In this document: in pieces, positions 1 to 12,207 of the stretch | Position numbering within the stretch: position 1 is the stretch's first letter | Layout of the letters: each line of letters starts with the position of its first letter | DNA from: Octopus vulgaris | Lineage: Eukaryota | DNA: 64,000 bases | Assembly (NCBI GenBank): GCA_951406725.2 | Contig: OX597816.1 | Span: forward strand, 177,320,001-177,384,000 | Reading direction: 5' to 3' | Made by a program: the position numbers and the translations under genes | The notes under the pieces: generated by a model | Databases searched by the model: none | What the model was told of the DNA's origin: nothing | What the model saw: the letters and a program-made list of their open reading frames with translations, nothing else

Positions 1-104
1 GGCTTTCTGAACCGTCACAACTGCCACCTACCGGGCAGGAGAAGATCCTCGTATTACCTCGGAAAAAATACACACACATACATACATTCGTATGTATGTG
101 TGTG

Positions 105-312
105 TGTCTTAGTGTTTGTCTCTGCCACCATCTGACAACCGGTGTTCGTTTCTTTACATCCTCGTAACCCAGTGGTTCGGCATAGGAGTACCAGGATTAC
201 AGGGAAAAAAACAAAAAACAAAAACGAGAAAACTAAGTACTGGGATCAATTTGTTCCGCAGTATGGCCGCAGTCCAATGACGGAAACCAGTAAAAGATAA
301 AAGAGATAAAAG
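105..312 (+). mobile_element. SINE family B, 3' half (degenerate)
   Basis: Matches the 3' half of the copy at 61987-62375 (TGACAACCGGTG...CGGTTCGGCA...ATGGCCGCAGTCCAATGAC..AAAAGA). Confidence 0.7.
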
Positions 313-622
313 ATTACGTTTCTAAGTAGTATGGTGGTTGGATGTAGTTGCCGGATCCGATTTATGATCGACGGCTAAGTGTGAGTGTAATGTCAAGGAT
401 TAGACTTTCCAGAATTATTGAGAAGGGGGTCTCCATGCACCCACTTAACCGGCAAGAAATTGCAGCCAAATCTTCCTCACATTTTATTGAACTGTCTTCA
501 GAAATAGGTATATATTATACCTCATAAACTAATATTAAATAATTGCATGGTTTATGCGTAAGTGTACGTATTTACTATTCTACTGATTAGTAGAAGTTTA
601 CACCGGAAAATTAGAAAACAAC

Positions 623-1362
<740 letters not shown>

Positions 1363-1365
1363 TTA

Positions 1366-1545
1366 AGGCGGTGAGCTGGCAGAATCGTTTGCAAGTGGCA
1401 CTTCCTTCGTTTTTACGTTCTGCGTTCAAATTCCTCCGAGGTCGACTTTACCTTTCATCCTTTCGGGGTCGACCAATTAATTCCTCGTTGACTAATCGAC
1501 TGGTCCCCTTCCGCTAAATTTCAGGCCTTGTGTCTATAGTAGGAT
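1366..1545 (+). mobile_element. tRNA-derived SINE family A
   Basis: AAGGCGGTGAGCTGGCAGAATCG A-box head, GTTCAAATTCC B-box, central domain GGTCGACTTT.CCTTTCATCCTTTCGGGGTCGA, (ATT)n tail. Confidence 0.85.
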
Positions 1546-1557
1546 GATTATTATTAT

Positions 1558-2173
1558 TCTATGTTTGACTTTTGCTTTATATTTGTACAAGTTGGCTCCA
1601 AGTCTCACCCAGAGACCTCAAGAGACAACAGTTTGAAAGTTCATGTTGTTGTTATACTTAGTGTACCATATATTTGGGTTTTTTAGTGTTGTACTAGTGA
1701 ATGTCTAAAAAAAAACATACGATAATTATGTTTGTTTTAAACCTTGAGATTACATAGAAAGTATTTTGCGTAGGATATGAGCAGTTCCCATGAGCACTAT
1801 CTTTTCAATATGATGTCTGGCCTATTTGCATCTATCTTTCTGTCAGTTTGAATGGTGAAGTTTCAGAGGAGTGAGATGTGGTCATTTTCAAGCACTGGAG
1901 GAGGATTGTGTTCCCACCAGTTTTTTTCATGGGGCAAATCCAGGTTTTTGCAAATTACCCAGTGAATATATTATTCAGCTCTATCATGCCTGTTGAGATA
2001 CTCTGTAGGCGCTAGAAGACTGCACTTGGAGACAACATGATCAATGGTTTTATTTTGTTGTTGACATACACGACATGTTGGGCTACTGCCGTTCTTTAAT
2101 ATGTTGGCCTGGTAGTTCCTTGTTGGTAGGCATTGATCTTGAGCTGCTATGATAAATCCTTCTGTTTCAGATT
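1558..2173 (-). mobile_element. R4/Dong-clade non-LTR retrotransposon 3' fragment, internally deleted
   Basis: Minus-strand translation gives KSETEGFIIAAQDQCLPTRNY, a CCHC region, ANRPDI and IVLMGTAHILRKILSM, then a 3'UTR ending in (TAA)n. Confidence 0.85.
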
Positions 2174-2190
2174 TTATTATTATTATTATT

Positions 2191-3476
2191 CAGTAGTTTT
2201 ATTTTTATAGCGTGCTTTCACTTCACTACCGAGCGCAGCTCTGTGTGCCTTGGGTATGTGCTGTGATTTGTTGTGATGCTCTGATGGTTATTGTATGGAA
2301 AGTGTTCTGCGTAGGATGTGTGCAGTGCCTAGTAGTGCAATTTTCTGTATGTTATATGTGTTTGTAAGTCCAGGTGTTTTTGTTATGTATTTGTCTGAAT
2401 ATTTTTTTATCATGCCTAATGCGCCTACTATGATAGGAATTGTTTCTGTTTTCAGGTTCCACATTCTAGTTACCTCTATTTCCAGGTCTTTGTATTTTGA
2501 GAGTTTCTCCATTTCTTTTAGAGACACGTTGTCATCTGCCGGTATTGATACATCAATTAGAAAGCATTTTTTTCTTCATGATCTCTGACAACTATATCTG
2601 GTCTATTGGCCTTAATTTCTCTATCTGTGTGTATCGGCATATCCCAGAGTATGGTTGCTTTCTCGTTTTCTGTGACCTTTTCTGGTGTGTGCCTATACCA
2701 TCTTTTTTCTATTGTTATTCCATAATGTTGGCATAGCTTCCAATGTATGTAGGTTCCAACTCTGTCATGTCTGTGAATATATTCCTTCTTAGCCAGGACT
2801 GGGCAGCTAGAGATAATATGATTTATTGTTTCTTGTCCATCTCCACATATTCTGCAGTTACTTGTAATATTTCTTTTCATTACATGTTTTTGGTAATTTC
2901 TGGTGGGGAGGCTTTGGTCTTGTGCTGCAATTAAAAATCCCTCTGTTTCTGCTTTGAGTCCTGAGCTTCTCAACCATTGCTGGGATTTTTCTTTGTCTAT
3001 TTCTTTTGCGTTTAGTTTAGTCCAGTATTTACCATGAAGGGGCTTTTCTTGCCATCGTTTTATCATGGCTCGTTGCTGTTCTATTTTTAGTTTGGATTTC
3101 ATTTGTTTTATAGCTTTTGTTGTTTCTTCATCATCTTCTTCTTCTTCTTTGTGTTTATTAGGTGGTATGATTTCTTGTTTGTATTTGTCAGCTTCCTTAA
3201 ATACTGAGAACAGTTTTTTGTTTTGCTCGTGTTTTGCTGCTATCTGGATCAGTTTTCCTTCCTTCTGAAGTAGGTATTTTTGCAGTCCTATGGTGGTTAT
3301 TTTATAGTAGTTTTCCAGCTGTATAAGGCCTCTACCACCTTCTATACGTTGTATATATAGTCTTTCTATGTCAGATTTTGGGTGATGCATCCTAGATCCT
3401 GTCAGTATTTTTCTTGTTTTCCTATCTATTTTGGACAGTTCATTTCGTGTCCAGTTAAGGATATTGTAGCTGTATT

Positions 3477-3479
<3 letters not shown>
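2191..3479 (-). mobile_element. 5'-truncated R4/Dong-clade LINE (RT C-terminus, CCHC knuckle, RLE endonuclease) inserted in (TAA)n
   Basis: ORFs 2557-3555 and 2288-2527: RLYIQRIEGGRGL, AAQDQSLPTRNY, CRICG..ETINHIISSC, RHD, NRPDIVV, EKLSKYKDL, GTAHILRR; (TAA)n on both flanks; one frameshift in an A7 run near 2570. Confidence 0.93.
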
Positions 3480-3532
<53 letters not shown>

Positions 3533-3588
3533 GTTATTATTATTATTATTATCATTATTATTATTATTACTGTTATTATTATTATTAC

Positions 3589-3660
<72 letters not shown>
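3480..3660. repeat. (TTA)n microsatellite
   Basis: Directly visible. Confidence 0.97.
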
Positions 3661-3661
<1 letters not shown>

Positions 3662-3667
3662 ATTATT

Positions 3668-3882
3668 AAGGCGGTGATCTGGCAGCATCGATTGCATGCG
3701 GGGCAAAATACTTAGCGGCATTTCTTTCGTGTTTATGTTCTGCGTTCAAATTCTACCGAGGTTGACATAGCCTTTCATCCTTTCCGGAGTCGATAAAATA
3801 GGTACCAGTTGGGTACTGAGGGCCGATGTAATCGACTTCGTCGTCTCTCCGAAATTGCTGGACTTAAGCCAAAATTTGAAAT
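3668..3882 (+). mobile_element. SINE family A
   Basis: Same head, B-box and central domain as 26408-26619, followed by (ATT)n. Confidence 0.85.
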
Positions 3883-3883
3883 C

Positions 3884-3944
<61 letters not shown>

Positions 3945-4130
3945 GGTTGACTTTTGTTTTGTACAAGTTAACTCCAAATCACATCCAGAGACCTCAAGAG
4001 ATAACAAGTTAGAAGTTGAAGCTGGTATTATGACTGGAGTGCCTTATTTTTAGTTTTGCACAGAATATTGTTCTAGAGAACGTCTGTCAAAACAAAAGAA
4101 AATTAGAAGTTTATTTTAAAGTAATCAATA
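3945..4130 (-). mobile_element. R4/Dong 3'UTR fragment
   Basis: Similar to 1560-1750 and 58086-58300 (CCAGAGACCTCAAGAGA). Confidence 0.7.
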
Positions 4131-4600
4131 TTTATAAAGCTGAAATGCAAAACATTTTGGCAAGGGAACGGTTTCAGGGCCGGTAGATGGGGTCGGATTA
4201 GCTCCAAAACTTACAGAGACATGTAAAAAGAGGCGAGGAAGCTACTGGACTAGGCTAGAAACCCCTATCTCAAAAGCTGTGGTTACTAGGGCAAGAAAAC
4301 CCACACTTTGACAAGTGTTTGTCGTTTCTCTCTTTCCGATATCACCCTGTCTTCCTCGATCTCTCTCTTTCCTTCCTTCCCTTCACTTTCTCTCTATAAC
4401 GACGTTTGACTGCTTCGTCTCTCTGTCACTCTTTCTCCCACCACCTCTTTCACTGTACGTCTGTCTGTATCTATAGAAAGAAAGCGTTGACAGCCGCAAA
4501 AGTTTAAATATTCCTGCCACAGGTCTTTTAGAACGGTGAATTATTATCGCCCACCACTACCTCACAATCATAACAAATATTATTAATCAGATATATTGTG

Positions 4601-4653
<53 letters not shown>

Positions 4654-5570
4654 TATATAAATATATATATATAATGTGTATACATATATATATATATGTG
4701 TATATATATTTAATCTCTATATTATAAATCTGAAATGCGACAAAAGTTTGTTTGTCTGGTTTTGGCATTGGAATGGGTTAAGTGGCACTAAATACGGTCG
4801 GATTCGCTCCAAAATGTACAGGAACATGTAAAAAGAGGTGAAGATGTGAGTGGGCTTGGTTAGAAATCCCTAACTCAAAAGCCGTGGTTACTAGGGGCAC
4901 AAAACCCACACTTCGACAAATGTATACGTTTCTCACTTTCTCATATCTGCCTCTCTTCCTCCGTCTCTCTCTCCTTCCCCCGTCTCTCTCTCCTTCCTCC
5001 CTTACCTTCACTTTCTCTCTACAACGACCTCCCTCGCCACCTTCGCCAGCTCTGTCACTCTTTCTTCCACATCATCTCTCTCTCTCTTTCTCTCTCTCTG
5101 TACGTCTGTCTGCACTTTCTCTCTATAACATTCTCTCTACGCATATCTGCCTGTCTTCCCCCGTCCTTCTCTCGTTCTTTCCTTCCCTTCACTTTCTCTC
5201 TATAATGACTTTTGACAGTTTCCACTATCTTTCCTTCGCCACCTTCACCAGCACTGTCACTCTTTCGCCCACATCCTCTCTCTCTCTCTCTTTCTGTACG
5301 TCTGTCTGCATTTTCTCTCTATAACGACGTTTGACAGCTTCGCCGTCTCTCTGTCAATCTTTCTGCAACAACTTCTCTCACTGTACTTCTGTCTATATCT
5401 ATAGAGCGAAAAGCGTGACAGTAGCAACAGTTTAAATATTCCCGTCTTTTAGAACGGTGAATTATTATCGCCTACCACTACCGCACAATCATAACAGATA
5501 TTATTAATAAGATATATTGTGTTAATTTATATATATGTGTGTGTGTATATGAATATATATATAATGTATA

Positions 5571-5666
<96 letters not shown>

Positions 5667-5708
5667 AAGTGTATATATAATGCGTATATATGTACATATT
5701 TAATGCTG

Positions 5709-5764
<56 letters not shown>

Positions 5765-7501
5765 GTGCATATGTAATCGGATTCAGCTGAAAATATGCAC
5801 ACCTATGTTAGAATTGCTAGCGAGTTTGCATGGCAAATTTCAGTTTTCACAATTGAAAGGCATCTCCTCTAGAGCAAAATTCCTCATCTTTTAAAATGTG
5901 GCCCGCTTAGACCCAAATGAAATCGGGTTATAATACCGAAACAAGTGAAACAATAATAAACTATTTTAATCCTGAGCAAGGCCGGGTATATCTGTCTAAT
6001 CTAGAAAATGAAGAAGGCGAACGTTGATACAAATTGGATTTCTATGTAAAAAGGGGCCTAAATGGGGCTGGAAGGGAATTAAAATTTACAGGAGGGGGTA
6101 ACTTAAGGTGAGAAATTGATTGGGAAACTTTTAGGGCGGTACAGTAGTTGCTTTGCTGTGAAAACGGGGATTTTATTGACTTTTGGGGACACTTGGGGGT
6201 CTAGATCGGACACTTTTTGCCCGATTTCAATCAAATGTTCAACATGGCAAAGTGGAAGCGGATTTGTAATTTAAGCGCGGAAATCTAATTTTTTATAAAT
6301 GGCAGAGAGATAGATCGAGAAAGATAGAGAGTAAGAGAAAATGAGGGAGAGTCAGAGAGAAAGGAAGAGTAAGAGAGTGGGAAAATGAGAAAGGAGAGAG
6401 AAACAAAGAGGGAGAATGTGGCGATAAGAAACAGAAAGTAACAACCACAACCTCATCCGCGCGTAGAGCGGGTCACCTTAAGCTAGTCTATATATATAAA
6501 AGAGACTTTGGGTCAAAATTGCTTCATCAGTGGTTGGCGGCCAGACCAGTGGTCGGATCGAGCTGATAATTGACACAGGCATAGAAGGCCTGATGAGGCA
6601 GAGAGTTACGTAGTTTAAAGCTCGCCATCTGGAAAGATGCGGTTGCTATGGTGAGAAGAGTGAATTTTTATCGATTCAAGGGGGCTCTAAGCCCCTCCAG
6701 ATTGGTGCGATTGGCATCTAATCAATATCTATAAATCTGAAATGCAAAAAGTTTGTTTGTTTGTCTAGTTTGGGCATTGGAACGGGTTAGAGGCAACTAG
6801 ATCCCGTCGGATTGACTCCAAAATTTATACGGACATGTAAAGTGAGGTGAGGATGTGAGTGGGCTCGGTTAGAAATCCCTATCTTAAAAGGTGTGGTTAC
6901 TAGGGCAAAAAACGCACACTTTGACAAGTTTTCTCTCATTCTCTTATCTGCCTGTCTTCCTCCGTCTCTCTCTCTTTCCTCTCTTCCCACCAATTTCTCT
7001 CTATAACGTCGTTTGACAGTGTCTACAATATTTCCCCCACCGCCTTCACTCTTTCTTCCACATCTCTCTCTCTCTCTCTACATCTGTCTGCATTAATAGA
7101 GAGAATTATTATCGCCACCACCACTACCACACAATCATGAGAACACATATTATGAATCAGATATTTATTGAGTTAATTTATATATATGTGTGTGTGTGTG
7201 TGTGTTCTATATATAAATATGCATATATAATGTATATATACAAAGTGTATATATCTGTATATATATATATATATATAAATATATATTTGTTGAAATGGAA
7301 AGATGAATTTTCTTGTTACAGATTATTCAAAAGTTTAACCGATACCTGGGTAGCAAAAATCACAGCAGAAAAAAACACGGTTGGAGATAAGACCATTTGG
7401 TGTTGCAACCGTGCGTTGGTGCGGATAATTGAAGTTTAATATAATTAGTGAATGGAAGAAATGGAGTTGAACGAAGATTGTACAGAATTCCTTTTATTAC
7501 A

Positions 7502-7581
7502 TTCTACACATGTTTCAAAGGCCACAATTTTCCAAATTCTGATTAAATAAGGATACCATATTGCAGCTTTCTCTTCAGGAA
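7502..7581 (-). ncRNA. Minimal type I hammerhead ribozyme motif (antisense arm copy)
   Basis: Reverse complement of 7710-7789. Confidence 0.75.
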
Positions 7582-7709
7582 AAACCAGGAATTACGTTGT
7601 CAGAACAAAACAAAACAATTCGAACGAGGACGCTCCAGGGAGCGTCCTCGTCCGAATTGCTTTGCTGCGCCTCTGTTTTGTTTTGTTCTGACAACGTAAT
7701 TCCTGGTTT

Positions 7710-7789
7710 TTCCTGAAGAGAAAGCTGCAATATGGTACCCTTATTTAATCAGAATTTGGAAAATTGTGGCCTTTGAAACATGTGTAGAA
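7710..7789 (+). ncRNA. Minimal type I hammerhead ribozyme motif
   Basis: TTC-CTGAAGA-[GAAAGCTGCAAT...ATTGTGGCCTTT stem II]-GAAAC-ATGT-GTA|GAA; palindromic ACATGT in stem III; predicted cleavage after 7786. Confidence 0.8.
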
Positions 7790-7944
7790 TGTAATAAAAG
7801 GAATTCTGTACAATCTTCGTTCAACTCCATTTCTTCCATTCACTAATTATATAAATATATATATATATATAATTTGTATACATTTGTATATATAATGCGT
7901 ACAGACACACACAAACACACACATATATATATAATGCGTATATA

Positions 7945-8034
<90 letters not shown>

Positions 8035-9619
8035 GTGTGCATTATGTGGTCGGTTGAGTTGAAAATATGCACACCTATGTTAAAAGTGCTGGCGAGTTTG
8101 CATGGCAACTATTTTTTCCTCAAATGAAATGCGTGACCTCTAGGACAAAATTCCTCATCCTATAAAATGTGGCCCGAGTAGACCCGAATGAAATCGGGTT
8201 ATATTAACCAAAATGTGAAAAGGGGTCTAAATGGGGCTGGAAGGGGATTAAAATTTACAGAGCAGGTGTTTAGGAATTCTCTGTTACTTCAAGCTAAAAA
8301 AATTGCGCCAGCCTTTAAATCTTCAATGTGTTGCCGTCCATGATGAAGAAGTTTTGAATGCTTGCCATGATGAGTCACTTCAAAACTTGGTGTTTAGGAA
8401 TTTTCTTTTACATCAAGTTCAAAATTTTACGCCAGCCGTTAAACTGCCACTACGTTGGTGACCGTCGTTAAGAAATGCCAGCCATGGCGACTCTACTATC
8501 CTCAGATTCTATCCCTTCAAACTTTGGTTTCCAATATTTTATTATTTTTATTCAGCTCGCAAGTCCGTCTGTCCCTTTTAAATGTTAGTGTTTTGCTGTC
8601 TGCCTTGAAGCAGACCTTTCCGTTGTCACTGCCTGATATTTATGATTGATGTTTCAAAATATTCTCTTTCTCAACTTACTCAAGATCTTTTGTTGTTTAT
8701 AAATGGGAGAGAGAGAGATAGAGAAAGATAGAGAGTAAGAGAAGGCGAGGGAGAGTCCGAGAGAGAGGAAGAGTAAGAGAGTGGGAAAGTGAGAGAGAAA
8801 GGAGAGAGAAATAAGGAGAGAGAATGTGGTGATAAAAAACAGAAAGGAAGCAACAGAATGTAACAACCACACCCTTACCCGCGCGTAGAGTGGATCACCT
8901 TAAGCTAGTCTAATCTATAAAATGAAGAAGGCGAACGCTGATACAAATTGGATTTTTATGTAAAAAGGGGTATAAATGGTACTGGAAGGGGATTAAAATT
9001 TACAGGAGTGGGGTAACTTGAGGTTAGAAATTGATTGGGAGACTTTTAGGGCGGTACAGTGGTTGCTTTGCTGTGAAAACGGGGATTTTATTGATTTTTG
9101 GGGACACTTGGGGATTTAGATCGGACACTTTTTGCCCGATTTCAATCAAATTTTCAACATGGCAAAGTAGAAGCGGATTTGTAATTTAAGCGCGGAAAAT
9201 GCGTTCGAAATTTTGAAAATTAAGGCAAGATTTTTTAAGTTGAAAAAAAATTTCTCATTTTTATGTATTTTTGCCTTTTATTTTTTATTGTTTACAGTTT
9301 TCATTTTTTCTGAAAGAAATTTAGAGCTGCGCGTAGCCCGTGTTTAGAGCTTTCATTTGCATGGTCAGTCGTCGAAAAATTCCCAAAATAAGTACTAAAT
9401 TTAACAAAGAAATAATTTTTTCCTTATTTTTATTCGCTCAAATAGTGGCACGTACAAAAGGCAAGTGTGCTTTCCGTTCTCACTGCCTGGTATTTCCTGA
9501 TATTTATGATTGATCTTTCAAAATATTTTCTTTCTCAACTTACTCAAGATCTTTTGTTTTTTATAAATGTTTTTTTTAGGATTGCATAGACAATATTTTT
9601 CTTAGGATATGAGCAGTTC

Positions 9620-9965
9620 CAATGTAACTGACTTAGCCCCTTCCTCGAAACTGCTGGCCTTGTGCCAAAATTTGAAACCTTTATTATTATTATTATTATT
9701 ATCATCGTCATCATCGTCATCAAGGAGCGAGCTGGCAGATTCGCTAACATGCTGAACGAAATGCTTAGCGGTATTTCGCCAGTCACTACGTTCTGAGTTC
9801 AAATTCCACCGAGATCGACTTTGCCTTTCATCCTTTCGCAGTCGATAAATTAAGTACCATTTGCGTACTGAGATCGATCTAATCGACTGCCCCCTCCCCC
9901 AAAACTTCGAGCCTGTGCCTAGAGTAGGAATTATTATTATCATTATTATTATAATTATTATTATA

Positions 9966-10018
<53 letters not shown>

Positions 10019-10578
10019 CATTATTATCATCATCATCGTCTGCCGTTACGTTCTGAGTTCAAATTCCGCCGAGGTCGACTTTGCCTTTCATCGTTTCGGG
10101 GTCGATTAAATAAGTACCAGTTACGCACTGGAGGACGATATAATCGACTTAATCCGTTTGTCTGTCCTTGTTTGTCCTTTCTGTGTGTAGCCCCTTGTGG
10201 GTAGTAAAGAAATAGGCATTTCACCGCTCTTTACATTCTGAGTTCAAATTCCATCGAAGTCGACTGTACCTTTCATACTTTCGGGGTCAATAAAATAAAT
10301 ACCAGTTGAACACTGTGGTTGATGTAATCGACTTAACCACTTCCCAGAAAATTTTAAAACCATTATTTTTACTAAGGCGGCGAGCTGACAGAATCGTTAG
10401 CACGCTGGATGAAATGCTTGGCGTTATTTCGTTCATTGATACGTTCTGAGTTGAAATTCCACCGAGGTGGACTTTGCCTTTGATCCTTTCGGGGGTCGAT
10501 AAATTAATTACTTGTGATGTAATCGACTCATCCCCTTCCCCAAAGTTGCTGTCCTTGTGGCAAAATTTGAAATCATTA
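9620..10578 (+). mobile_element. Cluster of SINE family A copies and modules separated by (ATT)n
   Basis: Heads at ~9722 and ~10373; B-box/central-domain modules at 10038 and 10230. Confidence 0.85.
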
Positions 10579-10606
10579 TTTATTATCATCATCATCATCA
10601 TCATCA

Positions 10607-10679
<73 letters not shown>

Positions 10680-11399
10680 CAATGAAAATTTGATATGCTA
10701 TTTATATTCATTATGAATGAGAATGAAACATATTGTAAAAATATATCATATACTAGTTGTACCTATATCAAGTGTGTTGGAAGTTTTTAAACTGATGGCT
10801 AGTATTTGAAATCTGAAATCTCCGTGTGCGATCTGTATGGCGGGTTAGATGATAAATGACTGGCAGAAATATTAGAAGCTCTGATATCTAAATGGGTCTT
10901 TGGAGCAAAGATGATTTATTTGTAGCAAAGAAGATACTGCTGGAAGGTTACGTTTCTGTTTTCTTTTGTTGAGCAACTTGTAGGAGGTTAAGCTGGGTGT
11001 TAGACTATAATATTTCATTCTCTTCCATCTTAAAATGGTTTTATATTTGTCTTCGTACACATGTTTCATTGACTGAGAATTTCGATGAAAAAAATACGTT
11101 TGTATTAACTCCATAGTATTTTGTTTTTTCTTTAATTGAGGTTTTTTGGAAGTGTAAATGAACGTGTTTACATAATTTCAGATGCTGATAGAGTTAAAGA
11201 AATTCCCAGGGAAAAAAAAAAGATGGATAAATAGAAAAGAATTTCTGTTGAGAATAAAGAAAAATAAAATTGAATTGAAGTTCTGGAAATTTCTTTCGTT
11301 AACTGGGAAATTCAGTTAAATTAAACCATAAAAAATTTAGACAAGATTTACAAAAGCTTACAGATTTTAGCTTGAACTATTTCCAAGAATAAGAAATAA

Positions 11400-11690
11400 T
11401 ATGTAGAGTAAACAATATATATTTTTTAGTTTCAAGTTTACATAAGGCATGAAAAAGGAGTAAAATGGGTTTGGAGATAAGGTTAAAAAATGAGGACAAG
11501 AAAAATAGCAAGAAGAATAAAAAGAAGATTAGGATCGAATGTCTGGCTGAACTGCTGTAAAGAGAGTGCTTATTAGGAACAGCAAGGATTCTGAGGGAGG
11601 TTTTAGACATCTAAGGTTGAAAAGAACAGCTGGTTGTTTTAACTAAAGCAAAGTCGAGAACAAAGCTGTGATAACAAAATAATAATAGTA
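11400..11690 (+). mobile_element. Degenerate R4/Dong 3' fragment
   Basis: Encodes LLGTARILREVLDI* at ~11570-11614, the R4/Dong C-terminal motif. Confidence 0.65.
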
Positions 11691-12151
11691 ACAGTATTAG
11701 CAGCAGCACTCTATAACACTGTAGTCTGAGATCACCTTTATAGATGCAATGAGGTTTTAGTGAAGGTGTTCTCAGATTTTACTGTTTTGCCTGTCTTACA
11801 ATTTTAACAGTTAATTGATATAATATGATAAGGACATTAAGTACATTTAGTTGCTTAAAACGAATTTATATTGCTGATTTTTTTATGTTGGTACAAGACC
11901 ACACATTTGGATAGGAGGTGAATAGTCAATTTAACTGACCTAAATTTCACTGGTTAGATGAAAGCAAACTTGACTCCAGCAAAGCTTGAACTCAGAATGT
12001 AGTACCATGAAACTGAATAAAGTTTTTAGTTTAGTTCTTTACAATCCCTAGCATCATTACTGCATTCAATAAAATTGAAAATAATACTTAGTATTTTAGC
12101 TTTCGTAGATATAACTAACTCCAAGAAGTTAAATCTGTGAATGTGACACAG

Positions 12152-12207
<56 letters not shown>

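Larger units (their letters stand above)
7285..7852. mobile_element. Fold-back Penelope-like/retrozyme-type non-autonomous element inserted in (TA)n
   Basis: Near-perfect inverted repeat 7439-7852 with an HHR motif in each arm, a one-sided extension at 7285-7438, and (TA)n flanks. Confidence 0.8.
4134..9570 (+). mobile_element. Tandem/chimeric array of non-autonomous Helitron-like elements
   Basis: Repeated units starting TC(T)ATA..AAATCTGAAATGC (4714, 6727) or TCTAATCTA.AAAATGAAGAAGG (~5996, 8909); 3' hairpin-like CCGCGCGTAGAGYGGR followed by CTAG at 6483-6486 and 8905-8908, each immediately followed by TC. Confidence 0.75.

Noticed and set aside
1-62. GC-richer window start, possible ncRNA or exon
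   Set aside because: Truncated by the window edge and not recognised.
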